A stretch of DNA of 64,000 bases from the sequence record AP019418.1; one strand, 5' to 3'. Under the pieces are notes generated by a model. It saw only the letters and a list, made by a program, of their open reading frames with translations, was not told the DNA's origin and did no database searches. The position numbers and the translations under genes are program-made. Of this stretch, positions 10,243 through 24,026 are shown in pieces (positions within the stretch are counted from its first letter, which is position 1; each line of letters opens with the position of its first letter).

Positions 10243-11406
10243 TTAAATATTGGTAGACATGGTTTTATTCATCATTTTAAAGATCTCAGTGATATCCGGA
10301 CCTTTATTCTTTTCAGCCATTTTAATTTCATCAAGTCGGTGAGATGTAGATAGATCAACCCCACGATGATAAATAGTTACTCGCTCATAACGGTCATCAA
10401 TAACAACAAGCATCATTAGATAGCTATTGTCAAAGATCTTTTGCCGAGTGGCGAAATCATCAATACGACCATAAAGAGAATTAGAAGCAGCTTTAAGAGT
10501 TGAAGTTGATACAATCGCGATATTTGATGCATCTGCTAATGAAACCGTACCACTGCGAACTGATTGTTTCCAGTTGTTACGGCGGCGATCGGTGATTTGT
10601 TTATAAACACCTGATTTATCATTCATTAGAATGCGATAATGTTCATCGATCATATCTTGACCTAGAACGAAGTCACGCCAGAATTTAATTTGACCAGTTT
10701 TTACTAGAAATAGGCGATGTAGCCAAGTATCTCGTCCACCAGCACTAAAGATGTGCGCAATAATCTGAGGACTAACAGCGGCTGGAATTAAACGGATCAT
10801 AACAGGAATTTTAGCTTTCTGCTTTCCTGATTTAACATCAACGTTAACCAGCTTACCAACGGCAAGGTTTTCAACTTCATAAATCTTTTGTGTATCACCA
10901 CTAGAAATACTTTGTGCACTTGTACTTTCGTCATTCGCTTCCATTGAAGCTACCCAACGCTCATGTGAGTGTTCAGCGACGATATTTGGTAAATGCACAG
11001 GCTTCTCAAAAGACTCTAATGAAGGAAGACCATCAGAATACTCTTCGGCAGAGAATACACTAGTGCGAGTTACACCTGTACGGTTAGGATTAATAGTATC
11101 GAATACTTTTAAAGTATCAATCTTATCCACACCTAGAAGCATATTAACAGCTTGTAGATAATAACCAGTAAAAGACGATGAAACAAATTTCATAACGTCT
11201 TTCATGTAAGGTTGATCAACTAAGGTTTGGTCTACGATGACCAATGGTTCAACACGAGTTGGACGTGCTAGATCGGTTAGAGAAGAAATCTCTACACCAT
11301 TTTTAGTGGCTTGTAGGACAGTCTGCATTAGACCACGTACACCTTGATCAGCAGCAACAGTCATCAGAGCAGAACTTACTGCTCCGGCGATTACAGGTAA
11401 TGGCAT
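10243..11406 (-). CDS. Inner-body protein, gp89-like
   Basis: 387 aa with SLE and SME motifs; divergent from gp88. Confidence 0.75.
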   Translation of the reverse strand: MPLPVIAGAVSSALMTVAADQGVRGLMQTVLQATKNGVEISSLTDLARPTRVEPLVIVDQTLVDQPYMKDVMKFVSSSFTGYYLQAVNMLLGVDKIDTLKVFDTINPNRTGVTRTSVFSAEEYSDGLPSLESFEKPVHLPNIVAEHSHERWVASMEANDESTSAQSISSGDTQKIYEVENLAVGKLVNVDVKSGKQKAKIPVMIRLIPAAVSPQIIAHIFSAGGRDTWLHRLFLVKTGQIKFWRDFVLGQDMIDEHYRILMNDKSGVYKQITDRRRNNWKQSVRSGTVSLADASNIAIVSTSTLKAASNSLYGRIDDFATRQKIFDNSYLMMLVVIDDRYERVTIYHRGVDLSTSHRLDEIKMAEKNKGPDITEIFKMMNKTMSTNI

Positions 11407-11442
11407 TTTTCTCTTCCTATATGGGTTTGCAGAGAGTTATAA

Positions 11443-15414
<3,972 letters not shown>

Positions 15415-15417
15415 GGT

Positions 15418-15448
15418 CATAAGCCCTCCCCTAGGGGAGGGCATTATG
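15418..15448. terminator. Bidirectional terminator between convergent gp87 and gp86
   Basis: GCCCTCCCC-TA-GGGGAGGGC flanked by CATAA/ATTATG. Confidence 0.8.
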
Positions 15449-15455
15449 TTGTATT

Positions 15456-16745
15456 TTACATTGCATAACCACGTTTAAAGTCATCAATGACTTTATCAAA
15501 TCGACGCTGCCATTCGCGAATAGCATCATTGAAGCCATGGATCTTATAATCTTCACTAACTACTTGTGCACACTTACCATAATAGTTAAGTACGCAGCTA
15601 GCTGCTAGATATTGTGCTTGAGAATATTCAAACATCGTATCAGTAATACGACGCATACCTTCAAGGGAGGTATTAATTAATTGAACAGACTCACCAATAG
15701 CATCAATAGTTTCTTGACTATAGTTACGTGATAGTTGCTTTAATTTACGTAAAGCATCACTACTATTGCGATATGCTTTTAACAAATCATCAAGTGGTGC
15801 GACAAAACGATCTTTTAATAGATGTGAGTTTTTCCAGAAATTCTTATCGGGGAAATCTGGAATGCTTGAACGATCAGGATATACTGTAGATAGTTCATTG
15901 CACCGGGTAGCTAGTTTACCAATCTCACGGATGTTGACAATAGGCATAAGTGCACGATAATCATCACCATTGTAATTAACATATTCAATGATAGTGCCAA
16001 CTAGCTTTTCCATTGTACCTAGTTCAGTACGTGCTTCATTATTAATATTAATGATTTCTTTCTGGTAGTATACACTACCAAATGCAGCAGCATATACACG
16101 ACTAGCTAGGATTTTAGGATCATCAATGATTGATTGTGCAATTGCATCAAACTTTTCTAGTAATGCATCCTTTCGATTACCTAATCGATTTTTAACTAGT
16201 AACTCTTGAAAGAGAGTACGTGCTTGATCAACTGCCCGGACAATCTTTCCATAACGAGTTGCTACAACAACATCACGCTTCTTAAAATCACTAATCCAAC
16301 GCATCAGCTTAGCAAATAGTTCCATTAGTTTCTCAAACCAAGTCTTAAGAGTATTAATGATGGTAGCCATCACTGCCTCTTGAGAAATAGTCACATTAAG
16401 AGTACTACGGGTTGGTGTAAACATAGAAGCATATTGCTCAAGTGAAGCTACTGCTTTCTTAGGAGCTTCAAACCCTTCAGTGCTCATGCGCTTAACTAAT
16501 GCTCGAATACCATCAACATCTGGTTTTGATACACCTTCAAGTTTAGTGATTGCATAAATATCAGATAGCTGATGAATCGCTTCGACAGCTACACACATCT
16601 TAGCTAAAATTTCAGGAGCCGAGGCACTTGAAACAGTCTCTTCTTCGCCTTCAACCATCTCTGGTTGGTTCTCATCAAAGAAAAGTTTTTCCTCTTCGAC
16701 ATCTACTTCTTTAACATGAGACATGGGTTTAACCTCACTCATCAA
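15456..16745 (-). CDS. Internal head protein, gp86-like
   Basis: 429 aa; ASLEQ...ISQEA block resembling gp93-95; start may be ATG 16724. Confidence 0.75.
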   Translation of the reverse strand: MMSEVKPMSHVKEVDVEEEKLFFDENQPEMVEGEEETVSSASAPEILAKMCVAVEAIHQLSDIYAITKLEGVSKPDVDGIRALVKRMSTEGFEAPKKAVASLEQYASMFTPTRSTLNVTISQEAVMATIINTLKTWFEKLMELFAKLMRWISDFKKRDVVVATRYGKIVRAVDQARTLFQELLVKNRLGNRKDALLEKFDAIAQSIIDDPKILASRVYAAAFGSVYYQKEIININNEARTELGTMEKLVGTIIEYVNYNGDDYRALMPIVNIREIGKLATRCNELSTVYPDRSSIPDFPDKNFWKNSHLLKDRFVAPLDDLLKAYRNSSDALRKLKQLSRNYSQETIDAIGESVQLINTSLEGMRRITDTMFEYSQAQYLAASCVLNYYGKCAQVVSEDYKIHGFNDAIREWQRRFDKVIDDFKRGYAM

Positions 16746-17184
16746 TACTACCGATTAATTGATTTAATGCATTACCCATGTCTGCTTGGATACGGTTATA
16801 ATCTGAGCCATTAACAACGGCAGAGACAATATTGATATCATCGACAGTTAGATAATCATTAGCGGTATCAGATGTCAGTACAGCTTTGACAAGACATGGA
16901 TCAGTAATACCGTTGATAAGACTTTGGCGAATGCGAAGAATATTGTTAAAATATGTTACGGCTAGTTTAGTATCAACTGCAATATTCTCATTAACTTTAC
17001 TTAAGATTTTCTTAAATTTAGCAACAGCTTTATCCTGTTGTTCATTGAAATCAAGTAAAATCTCAAATGGAATCTGTAATGCCACCGCATTAGCTAGGAG
17101 CATTGCGCGGGTTTTACGATCAGAACCACCTAAGTTAGGCAGTTGCTTTAGAATACGGGAAAGTTCAAAACCTAATTGTTGCAT
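16735..17184 (-). CDS. Virion protein, gp85-like
   Basis: 149-aa ORF, gene order. Confidence 0.65.
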   Translation of the reverse strand: MQQLGFELSRILKQLPNLGGSDRKTRAMLLANAVALQIPFEILLDFNEQQDKAVAKFKKILSKVNENIAVDTKLAVTYFNNILRIRQSLINGITDPCLVKAVLTSDTANDYLTVDDINIVSAVVNGSDYNRIQADMGNALNQLIGSIDE

Positions 17185-17195
17185 GATTTTTCTCT

Positions 17196-18437
17196 CTATT
17201 TAGTTAAGCGGTAGGCTCTTACAAATAAGTCATTATTTAATAGACTTTCTAAAGTATCTTCTAATTCAGTAGCCCGTTTATCTTTACGACGCTGGGGACT
17301 AAGGAAATCTAAAATTTTATCAAAAATGGTCCACTCATTAGCTAAATCATTTATCAATGAATCAATTACTTTAATGTCATCATCAATTCCTGGTTTTAGT
17401 GATGAGTCCTTTACCCATTTAAGTTGTGCTACTAGATCTTGTTTAATTTTCATTAAACGTTGTCGTTGTTTGTCATAACGTGAACTAATTGGATCATATC
17501 CAACTTTTAAATTACCGGCAATGATACCTAGTGTAACAGGTAAACCAATGATCATAAATAGACCTTTGAATACCTCAGCAGTAATATGGCTAGAAACAGA
17601 TTTATATTCACGGTCATTATAATACCGACCTGATTTAGTTAATGCCGTTGCCAGTGGCCTTCCATAACCTAATCGAGTGGCGAATAAATCAGCTAATTGT
17701 TCATCGCGTTTACGTGATTGAACATCACCAGTTAAATGCGGACGTTGCGCTTTCTTAAATGATGATAGAATGACTTTACGAATATTTCCTTCAGTCCTAT
17801 CATTAGCAAACTTCTCATAATCGGCTGGATCAACGTTTTTCTTTAACCATGTTTCATCCAATAATTGAATCTTATACTTATTAGCTTTCCTACCCTGTAA
17901 GATAAGTATACCTTCAGTAAGTGCATAGTTAAGATAGACGTAGTCACCCATTGTAGCCAGTGTTTCCCAACAATGCCCAATTTCATGTAATGTAATGGCA
18001 GTAGCTTCTGCTATACTAACACGGTTAATAGCCGATAATAAACCAATAGATAAACCGACCTTGTATTTAAAAGTTGAAACAGCCTCACCCGTAACTTTTA
18101 AATTTGTTAAATCAATATTAATGAATGTATTGACACCTTGCTCAGTTGCTAAAGTAACTCGATTAATATTGTCAAATTTACTACCAGTATGTCCAACTGT
18201 AAAGGATGTGTATGCACCACCCATTATACCCTGATCATCCAGGTGTGTAAACTCTATATTCATATTGAGGATCTTAGAAACATCATCACTCAGTGACCTA
18301 AAATCATTAATATCTATTCTCTGTTGATTATCTAATTTATCACGAATCTTGGTTAGATGTTCTTCGATCAATGGACCTAAGTCACGCTTAACATTCACAT
18401 CTAACACTTCATTAGAGATTTCTATCGTATGTAGCAT
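17196..18437 (-). CDS. Head protein gp84-like with zincin metalloprotease motif
   Basis: TLHEIGH (HExxH) and downstream EQLAD motif. Confidence 0.7.
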   Translation of the reverse strand: MLHTIEISNEVLDVNVKRDLGPLIEEHLTKIRDKLDNQQRIDINDFRSLSDDVSKILNMNIEFTHLDDQGIMGGAYTSFTVGHTGSKFDNINRVTLATEQGVNTFINIDLTNLKVTGEAVSTFKYKVGLSIGLLSAINRVSIAEATAITLHEIGHCWETLATMGDYVYLNYALTEGILILQGRKANKYKIQLLDETWLKKNVDPADYEKFANDRTEGNIRKVILSSFKKAQRPHLTGDVQSRKRDEQLADLFATRLGYGRPLATALTKSGRYYNDREYKSVSSHITAEVFKGLFMIIGLPVTLGIIAGNLKVGYDPISSRYDKQRQRLMKIKQDLVAQLKWVKDSSLKPGIDDDIKVIDSLINDLANEWTIFDKILDFLSPQRRKDKRATELEDTLESLLNNDLFVRAYRLTK

Positions 18438-18538
18438 TTTATATCTCTACCAGTATTAATTTATAATCATAAAGATAAGGCTGCGTTGTATAGAATTCAA
18501 TCTTATGCACTACGTATTATAAAAGAGGCGCACACAAA

Positions 18539-20053
18539 ATGTTTGAGTTATTGTTGTCTTCTGGACTAACAAATACGCCTATATATTCCGATCCTTATCC
18601 AGGTCCTAAAACACTGATAGCTGGGACAAGGGAATTAGGTTTGTATGGTGAAACAACATCTTCAGAATTATTTGGTTATGATGATGCAGCTAAATTAGTT
18701 AATATGACATTTGGAACAGTAATCAATGATGGACAACCATGGTTAAAGTTCTCTAATAAAAATGTTACTTGTTACATACCAAAGAAACCAGCTCGTAAAT
18801 CAATACAAAAATCACGGCTTAATAATGCCGGACTCCGTAATGGTGACTATGAAGTTAGATTTATGGGGAACATTTATAAATTTGGTTTATTAACAATGGC
18901 TGGTGCCACATCAGAATGGCAAAGGTTACTTTATAATGTTCACGTATCTAATTTAAATGGTGCTAACTGGCCTTATAAATTTACAGATAATGACTTAGGT
19001 ATTAACCAAGCGGTCGCTGGTGGTATTAGCACTGATGGTACTACTAACTGGGGAAGAGACCCAGGTAGTGATCCAGTTAATGACCAGCTCTATCGTGGCT
19101 ACTATGCGATTGATATAACTAGCTCGTCAAGTAGTGAAACGGGTGCTGCAACCCAAGGTTGGCGTCCAGTGGTTTATGCTAGTGGTACATATCCATTCGT
19201 TAAAGATAATGTTATTAAACTTACTGATTTTGAAACTGATAACGAAATGGCAGCAGGTGCCCAAATAGGTAACTTAGTCTATTATTACGGTGGTAAGAAT
19301 AATGCTAATACTGCTCTACGTACACTGAATTTAGTCACGGGTAAGTTAACAACATTACAACCAACTGGTACGCCTATAGCAGTTAAACAATGCTCGGCTG
19401 TTGCATTTAATGGTAAAGTATATTTCTATGGTGGTGAAAGTGCCACAGATGGTGTACTTACTAAAGATATGCAGTGTTATGATCCTGCAACTAATACATG
19501 GGAAATAAAATCACCAGGCACGATAGCTTGCCGGTATGCACGTGGAACTAGTCTTAATGGGTTAATCTACATATTAGGTGCAGCTGATACAACTGCGACA
19601 AATAATCGTGGATTTACATTAATGTACAATCCAACTACAGATACATATACCAGTGGTGCAGCATTTAATGATACTGGGGAATATACCCAAGATTATTCAG
19701 TGAGTATTTATAATAATAGCGTATGCGTTATTGGTGGTACGGTTGGTGCTGGTGTTAACACTGGAATCATATCGTACAATCAAACCAACAATAATTGGTC
19801 CAAACCAATAACTACAGGTATACCTCTTGGTGCAGCTATTAATATACGCCCATCTGGTGAACTTTATGTAATCGCTGGTGAAAATCAAAATAACGCACCA
19901 ATTAAGTATTATGAACCACGATTAGCACGATGGATAAATTTAGGTAATTTAGAAACTGGTTTAGTGGATGCAGGTTTTGCCAATACGTTTAATAATGACG
20001 GTAAGATTTATGTTCTAAACGGTAATCAGAATTTAAAATACCAAATTAGTTAA
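18539..20053 (+). CDS. Virion protein gp83-like: phiKZ gp83/gp131-family N-domain plus C-terminal Kelch beta-propeller
   Basis: ELGLYGETTSSELF...PWLKF N-domain; six spaced Kelch-like motifs (YYYGG, YFYGG, YILGA, CVIGG, YVIAG, YVLNG). Confidence 0.7.
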   Translation: MFELLLSSGLTNTPIYSDPYPGPKTLIAGTRELGLYGETTSSELFGYDDAAKLVNMTFGTVINDGQPWLKFSNKNVTCYIPKKPARKSIQKSRLNNAGLRNGDYEVRFMGNIYKFGLLTMAGATSEWQRLLYNVHVSNLNGANWPYKFTDNDLGINQAVAGGISTDGTTNWGRDPGSDPVNDQLYRGYYAIDITSSSSSETGAATQGWRPVVYASGTYPFVKDNVIKLTDFETDNEMAAGAQIGNLVYYYGGKNNANTALRTLNLVTGKLTTLQPTGTPIAVKQCSAVAFNGKVYFYGGESATDGVLTKDMQCYDPATNTWEIKSPGTIACRYARGTSLNGLIYILGAADTTATNNRGFTLMYNPTTDTYTSGAAFNDTGEYTQDYSVSIYNNSVCVIGGTVGAGVNTGIISYNQTNNNWSKPITTGIPLGAAINIRPSGELYVIAGENQNNAPIKYYEPRLARWINLGNLETGLVDAGFANTFNNDGKIYVLNGNQNLKYQIS

Positions 20054-20057
20054 CGAA

Positions 20058-20088
20058 ATAAACCCTCCCGTAATGGGAGGGTTTTATG
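20058..20088. terminator. Bidirectional terminator
   Basis: AAACCCTCCC-GTAAT-GGGAGGGTTT-TATG. Confidence 0.8.
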
Positions 20089-20156
20089 ATGTGTCGAAGT
20101 TTATGTTAGCAGTAATGATCAATTGATAATATTTAATTAGGAATACCTTCCATTTT

Positions 20157-20534
20157 TTAATATCCTTCATTAAGTAGTTCTGCTAGAGCACGTGCCTGTG
20201 AAATATCAGTAGAAGCAAAAACATCAGAAAGATAGTTATCATGTTCTTTTGCATTCTGACGCAATTCATCCATTAGATGTTTATTAGATACCGCCCATAC
20301 TTTCCACAGATTTTTATAATCATCATATTTGGGATTATACCCGTCTAGTGGTGGTTTTCCTTTACCAGCTTTCCAATGGTTGGAGTATATGCGATATCCT
20401 TTACAATCTAACTGCCAAGCTTCCTCAATTGTTCTGCCATCAGGAAGCCTTGCGTAAAGAGCCGAGAATCTTTTGTCACCAACAGATGAACATTCATATC
20501 CTCCTCGGCGCTTCCACTGATATATTACTTTGGG
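20157..20534 (-). CDS. Start-less 125-codon open frame (conserved phage hypothetical type GGYECSSVGDKRFSALYARLPDGRTIEE); candidate -1 frameshift extension of gp82
   Basis: Open from CCC 20534 to TAA 20157. No ATG/GTG/TTG for about 85 codons. Fills the gap up to the terminator. Missing from ORF track. Confidence 0.7.
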   Translation of the reverse strand, partial: PKVIYQWKRRGGYECSSVGDKRFSALYARLPDGRTIEEAWQLDCKGYRIYSNHWKAGKGKPPLDGYNPKYDDYKNLWKVWAVSNKHLMDELRQNAKEHDNYLSDVFASTDISQARALAELLNEGY

Positions 20535-22441
20535 TTCTTATAGGTATTAATAAACTTCTCTAGCAGGGTGTCCATTTTAGGAGCACCCATGATCTTCTGT
20601 GTGATTTCAATAGCATTAACCCTACCACCTGTTAAGTTTACGCCAACTTCACGGCGATGGTGTTCACTAATTCCTTCCATCATTGAGAATTCCATCACAC
20701 ATGTTTCACGTGCAATATTTAGAATCTGACTAACGTTAGGATATGTCGACACGATGTCAAGGTCGGCGATATGACAGAAGATTAAGGTTTTATAATTCGG
20801 TAAATCTTTAACACACTGCAATCCATTTGGACCTGCCATGTATGATGGTAGTGTAACAATCCAATCATTATGGCCAATAACATATTGATCAAGTTCATGC
20901 ACCATCTGATCTGAACTTGAACCAATGACACATGGCTCTGGTCTATTCAAATACCAGAAGTGCATATCGTCACATAGTCGTTTTGGGTTAGAACTAAAGT
21001 TCTTATAGTCAGATGCCTTAGAGAATAGACTTATAGAGCGACCAAGGTCATTTACTTGTTCATCAAGTTGTTCTAGTCGAATGGAGTCGATGATGTTATA
21101 AAGACCATATTTGATTTTATGCTTAGTCTGCATCTCACGGTGCCAATCGATACCACCAAGATGTGCAGTTTCTTTAAAGGTTAACTTACCAAATTCCATT
21201 ACATATCTAATAGAATCACCATAGGTAAAGTTATCATTTAATATAAAATCATCCACCGGTACCCATTCATTACTACCTACATTTTTAATATATTTAGTAA
21301 TAACGCCGCCTGGTCGGTCAACTAGTTGTTTATTAAAACCTTCAATAAAATCTTCTAAGTCCTTATCATTTTTAATGGTCGTGGATTTATCGATGTTTAG
21401 TTCTTTTCTAAGAATAGACTCTAACCGATAGTTAGGATCACGTCCTTTAGCTAATCGAGTTACTCGATAAGTTGACATAGAATCGATACATTGAAAACTA
21501 GAGGGTGCTGTAATCCAATGCCATTGATCCTCCGGTCCTTTAGATTTAGTGACCCCAGATGCAGTGGTGGTCATAGGTTCATCAATCTTAAAATGGAAAT
21601 ACCTATAATTCTTAGGTACCGATGGATCAGAAAAAACATCAGCTGGATTAACACCATAATGTTCTAATGTTTTTAAGATTCTACCAATGTCGAAGCTAAT
21701 ATTCCAGAATGCGAAGAAATCTGGTTTCCAGGTATGTAGTCGTTTAAAACATTCAATAATAATATCTACTGGTGTTTCAACAACCATTACTTCAATATCT
21801 AGACCACGTTCTTTAATTAGATGTGATAATACCTCTTCTTTTTGTGCTTGTTCTAATGTCTCTTTCACTGGATCTTCAATATCACTAACCCATCGTTTTA
21901 AATAGGCTAGGAAAGCTTTGTTCTTATGTGTAACTGACATACAGATAATCTGGCCATCGTTCTCAGCTTCATAAACGTTGGTTTCGATGTCACCGCCAGC
22001 AACAGTGTTTAGAGAGATTAGACCAGGATAACGTTCTTGATAATCATGCTTCAGATAACAGGTTGAACTAACATCACTGCCATATAGGTAAGGACTACGC
22101 GCTAGTTGACGAAGAGATCTAGCCGAATAGTCACCTAGGATTTTACTAATCTTACGTTTCATGTCAATTTGAGTTGACATGTATTTAACTAAGTTACGCT
22201 CATATTCGTAATCTTTCTTTTCTTTATGGTTACGCATTCCTTTTGCGGTAATCCAAAAAGGACGCTGGTAGTTTTCCCACATCCTTAAATTATTTGCAGT
22301 TGTACCATCTTCAAAATGAATTCGTTCTTTAACGAAATGCGCATCTGTAAACTTACCAAATTGATCAGTACAATAAGTAATATGTTTGGCTTCAATGCCC
22401 TTAATCTTTTTCTTATTTGTAACCTGTTGTTCATTAGACAT
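20525..22441 (-). CDS. Split family-B DNA polymerase, N-terminal part (3'-5' exonuclease + motif A), gp82-like
   Basis: ExoI GDIET, ExoII WNISFD, ExoIII YNIID, motif A DLDIVSTYP. Confidence 0.85.
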   Translation of the reverse strand: MSNEQQVTNKKKIKGIEAKHITYCTDQFGKFTDAHFVKERIHFEDGTTANNLRMWENYQRPFWITAKGMRNHKEKKDYEYERNLVKYMSTQIDMKRKISKILGDYSARSLRQLARSPYLYGSDVSSTCYLKHDYQERYPGLISLNTVAGGDIETNVYEAENDGQIICMSVTHKNKAFLAYLKRWVSDIEDPVKETLEQAQKEEVLSHLIKERGLDIEVMVVETPVDIIIECFKRLHTWKPDFFAFWNISFDIGRILKTLEHYGVNPADVFSDPSVPKNYRYFHFKIDEPMTTTASGVTKSKGPEDQWHWITAPSSFQCIDSMSTYRVTRLAKGRDPNYRLESILRKELNIDKSTTIKNDKDLEDFIEGFNKQLVDRPGGVITKYIKNVGSNEWVPVDDFILNDNFTYGDSIRYVMEFGKLTFKETAHLGGIDWHREMQTKHKIKYGLYNIIDSIRLEQLDEQVNDLGRSISLFSKASDYKNFSSNPKRLCDDMHFWYLNRPEPCVIGSSSDQMVHELDQYVIGHNDWIVTLPSYMAGPNGLQCVKDLPNYKTLIFCHIADLDIVSTYPNVSQILNIARETCVMEFSMMEGISEHHRREVGVNLTGGRVNAIEITQKIMGAPKMDTLLEKFINTYKNPK

Positions 22442-22511
22442 TGCTATAACCTCAGCACATATTGATATTTATCTACGTACTATATTAGTGCCTAGTAAAA
22501 GTAATAATCAG

Positions 22512-22541
22512 CATAAAGCCTCCCCTAGGGGAGGCAATATG
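22512..22541. terminator. Intrinsic terminator hairpin
   Basis: CATAAA-GCCTCCCC-TA-GGGGAGGC-AATATG. Confidence 0.75.
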
Positions 22542-22542
22542 T

Positions 22543-23964
22543 TTACATACCAGCTTTCTGCCGGAAGAAGTGTAGAACGAGTTGCCGCTTACCTTCAGGG
22601 ATGAAACGTGCAAGATAGTTAATATCTACCTGATAAAGCGCATCTGATACATCACTAGTAAATAGGCAGAATAGAGTAAGAAGATTAATGTGTGCTTCTT
22701 GACGGTTATTCTGAGTAGGTAGAGTAGCAACAAAGCGAAGTGCGTTAGATTCACTAAATAGAGTATTACGATTTTTCTTAACGAAATCAAAGATAATATC
22801 CATGCCTGATTTAAAGCCTTCAATATCTTCGATTGTCATTACGTAGTTGAATACATCATCTAGTTTCTTTTGTGCATCGCCACCACGTTCGATAGTGATA
22901 TAGTCACCAGGTTTAGCACCAGTGGCAAACTGCTCTAGACGAGATTCGATAAATACTTGGTTCATTTTGGTCATACCTTTACGAAGTACAGGTTCATTAG
23001 ATGTTGATTCACTATTCAAGATTTTAACTTCCCCGGTTGGTTTAATATCATCTTTACCAGAGAATACTTTCCATTGTTCAACAATAGTTTCAATATCTTG
23101 ACTAGTGGTAGGTAAGAATAAGCGATCGCGTAACTCAATAGCAATTTTAAAATCTTTTATCAGATTACTATTTTTAATAAGTCCTTCAGCCCAGTCTTCA
23201 AGCTCTGCTGTCGTCCAATCGGTAGGTGGAGCATTATCACGAATAACACTATTAACCCAACTACCACGTAGTGTTTTTGGTGGAGTAATACCTTGTTTAA
23301 CAAAATCAACCACTTCTTGGGTAGACCAATCTAGTGGAATATCACTAGTGTGAATACGCAGTTGCTTGACTAATTCTTCAAGCTTGATACTGTCTTCAGT
23401 ATTGCGAATATCTTGTTTCAGTGTATCTTCATTAACTACCGGTACAATTACTTCCTCAGTAGTCTCATTCTCTTTAGCCCTTTTAGTTAAAATATCATCA
23501 GCAATATCGGCAATATCATTAACTACACCAGTTAGACGATGGTTAGCAGCATCGATTAGTTCATCATCTGACCATTCATCATAAGGACGATATTTACGGG
23601 TTGGGTCAAATACAAAGCTACCGAGTTCAGTTTTACCTTTAGCAATGCCATCATTGGTAAACCATTCAATGACGTTTTCATCTGTCCATGTTTCAGGAAT
23701 ATCATGGTCAGTACGCAGTGCATTTACATTAACTTTAGCTAATTCTGAGGTATCGTTAACTGTATTAACTGAAGAATTAATATCATCTGCTGTAGCATAT
23801 ACTTCCTCAGGAGATACTAATTCAATATTTGTTAATCCTCGACCAATTTCAGAAGTTGGCTTATCTTCAGTTACTTCTGATAAAACTTCGTCTTTGACAA
23901 TAGGTTTTTCAGGTAAACGATTGAGTTGAGGAAACTTTCCAAATCGTTGATTCTTTTTAGACAT
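22543..23964 (-). CDS. Acidic hypothetical protein, gp81-like, with internal Trp repeats
   Basis: 473 aa; repeated DIPxxWT/S...W(T/S)xxEL units. Confidence 0.75.
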   Translation of the reverse strand: MSKKNQRFGKFPQLNRLPEKPIVKDEVLSEVTEDKPTSEIGRGLTNIELVSPEEVYATADDINSSVNTVNDTSELAKVNVNALRTDHDIPETWTDENVIEWFTNDGIAKGKTELGSFVFDPTRKYRPYDEWSDDELIDAANHRLTGVVNDIADIADDILTKRAKENETTEEVIVPVVNEDTLKQDIRNTEDSIKLEELVKQLRIHTSDIPLDWSTQEVVDFVKQGITPPKTLRGSWVNSVIRDNAPPTDWTTAELEDWAEGLIKNSNLIKDFKIAIELRDRLFLPTTSQDIETIVEQWKVFSGKDDIKPTGEVKILNSESTSNEPVLRKGMTKMNQVFIESRLEQFATGAKPGDYITIERGGDAQKKLDDVFNYVMTIEDIEGFKSGMDIIFDFVKKNRNTLFSESNALRFVATLPTQNNRQEAHINLLTLFCLFTSDVSDALYQVDINYLARFIPEGKRQLVLHFFRQKAGM

Positions 23965-24026
23965 TACTAGTTCCTTTCGGGTTATAATCTAAATAATGGA
24001 GAAGCTGAGTAACTTCTCCATCTATT

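Noticed and set aside
18468-18507. Individual TATG late promoters (e.g. divergent pair between gp84 and gp83)
   Set aside because: A 4-mer is too frequent in AT-rich DNA to call without TSS data
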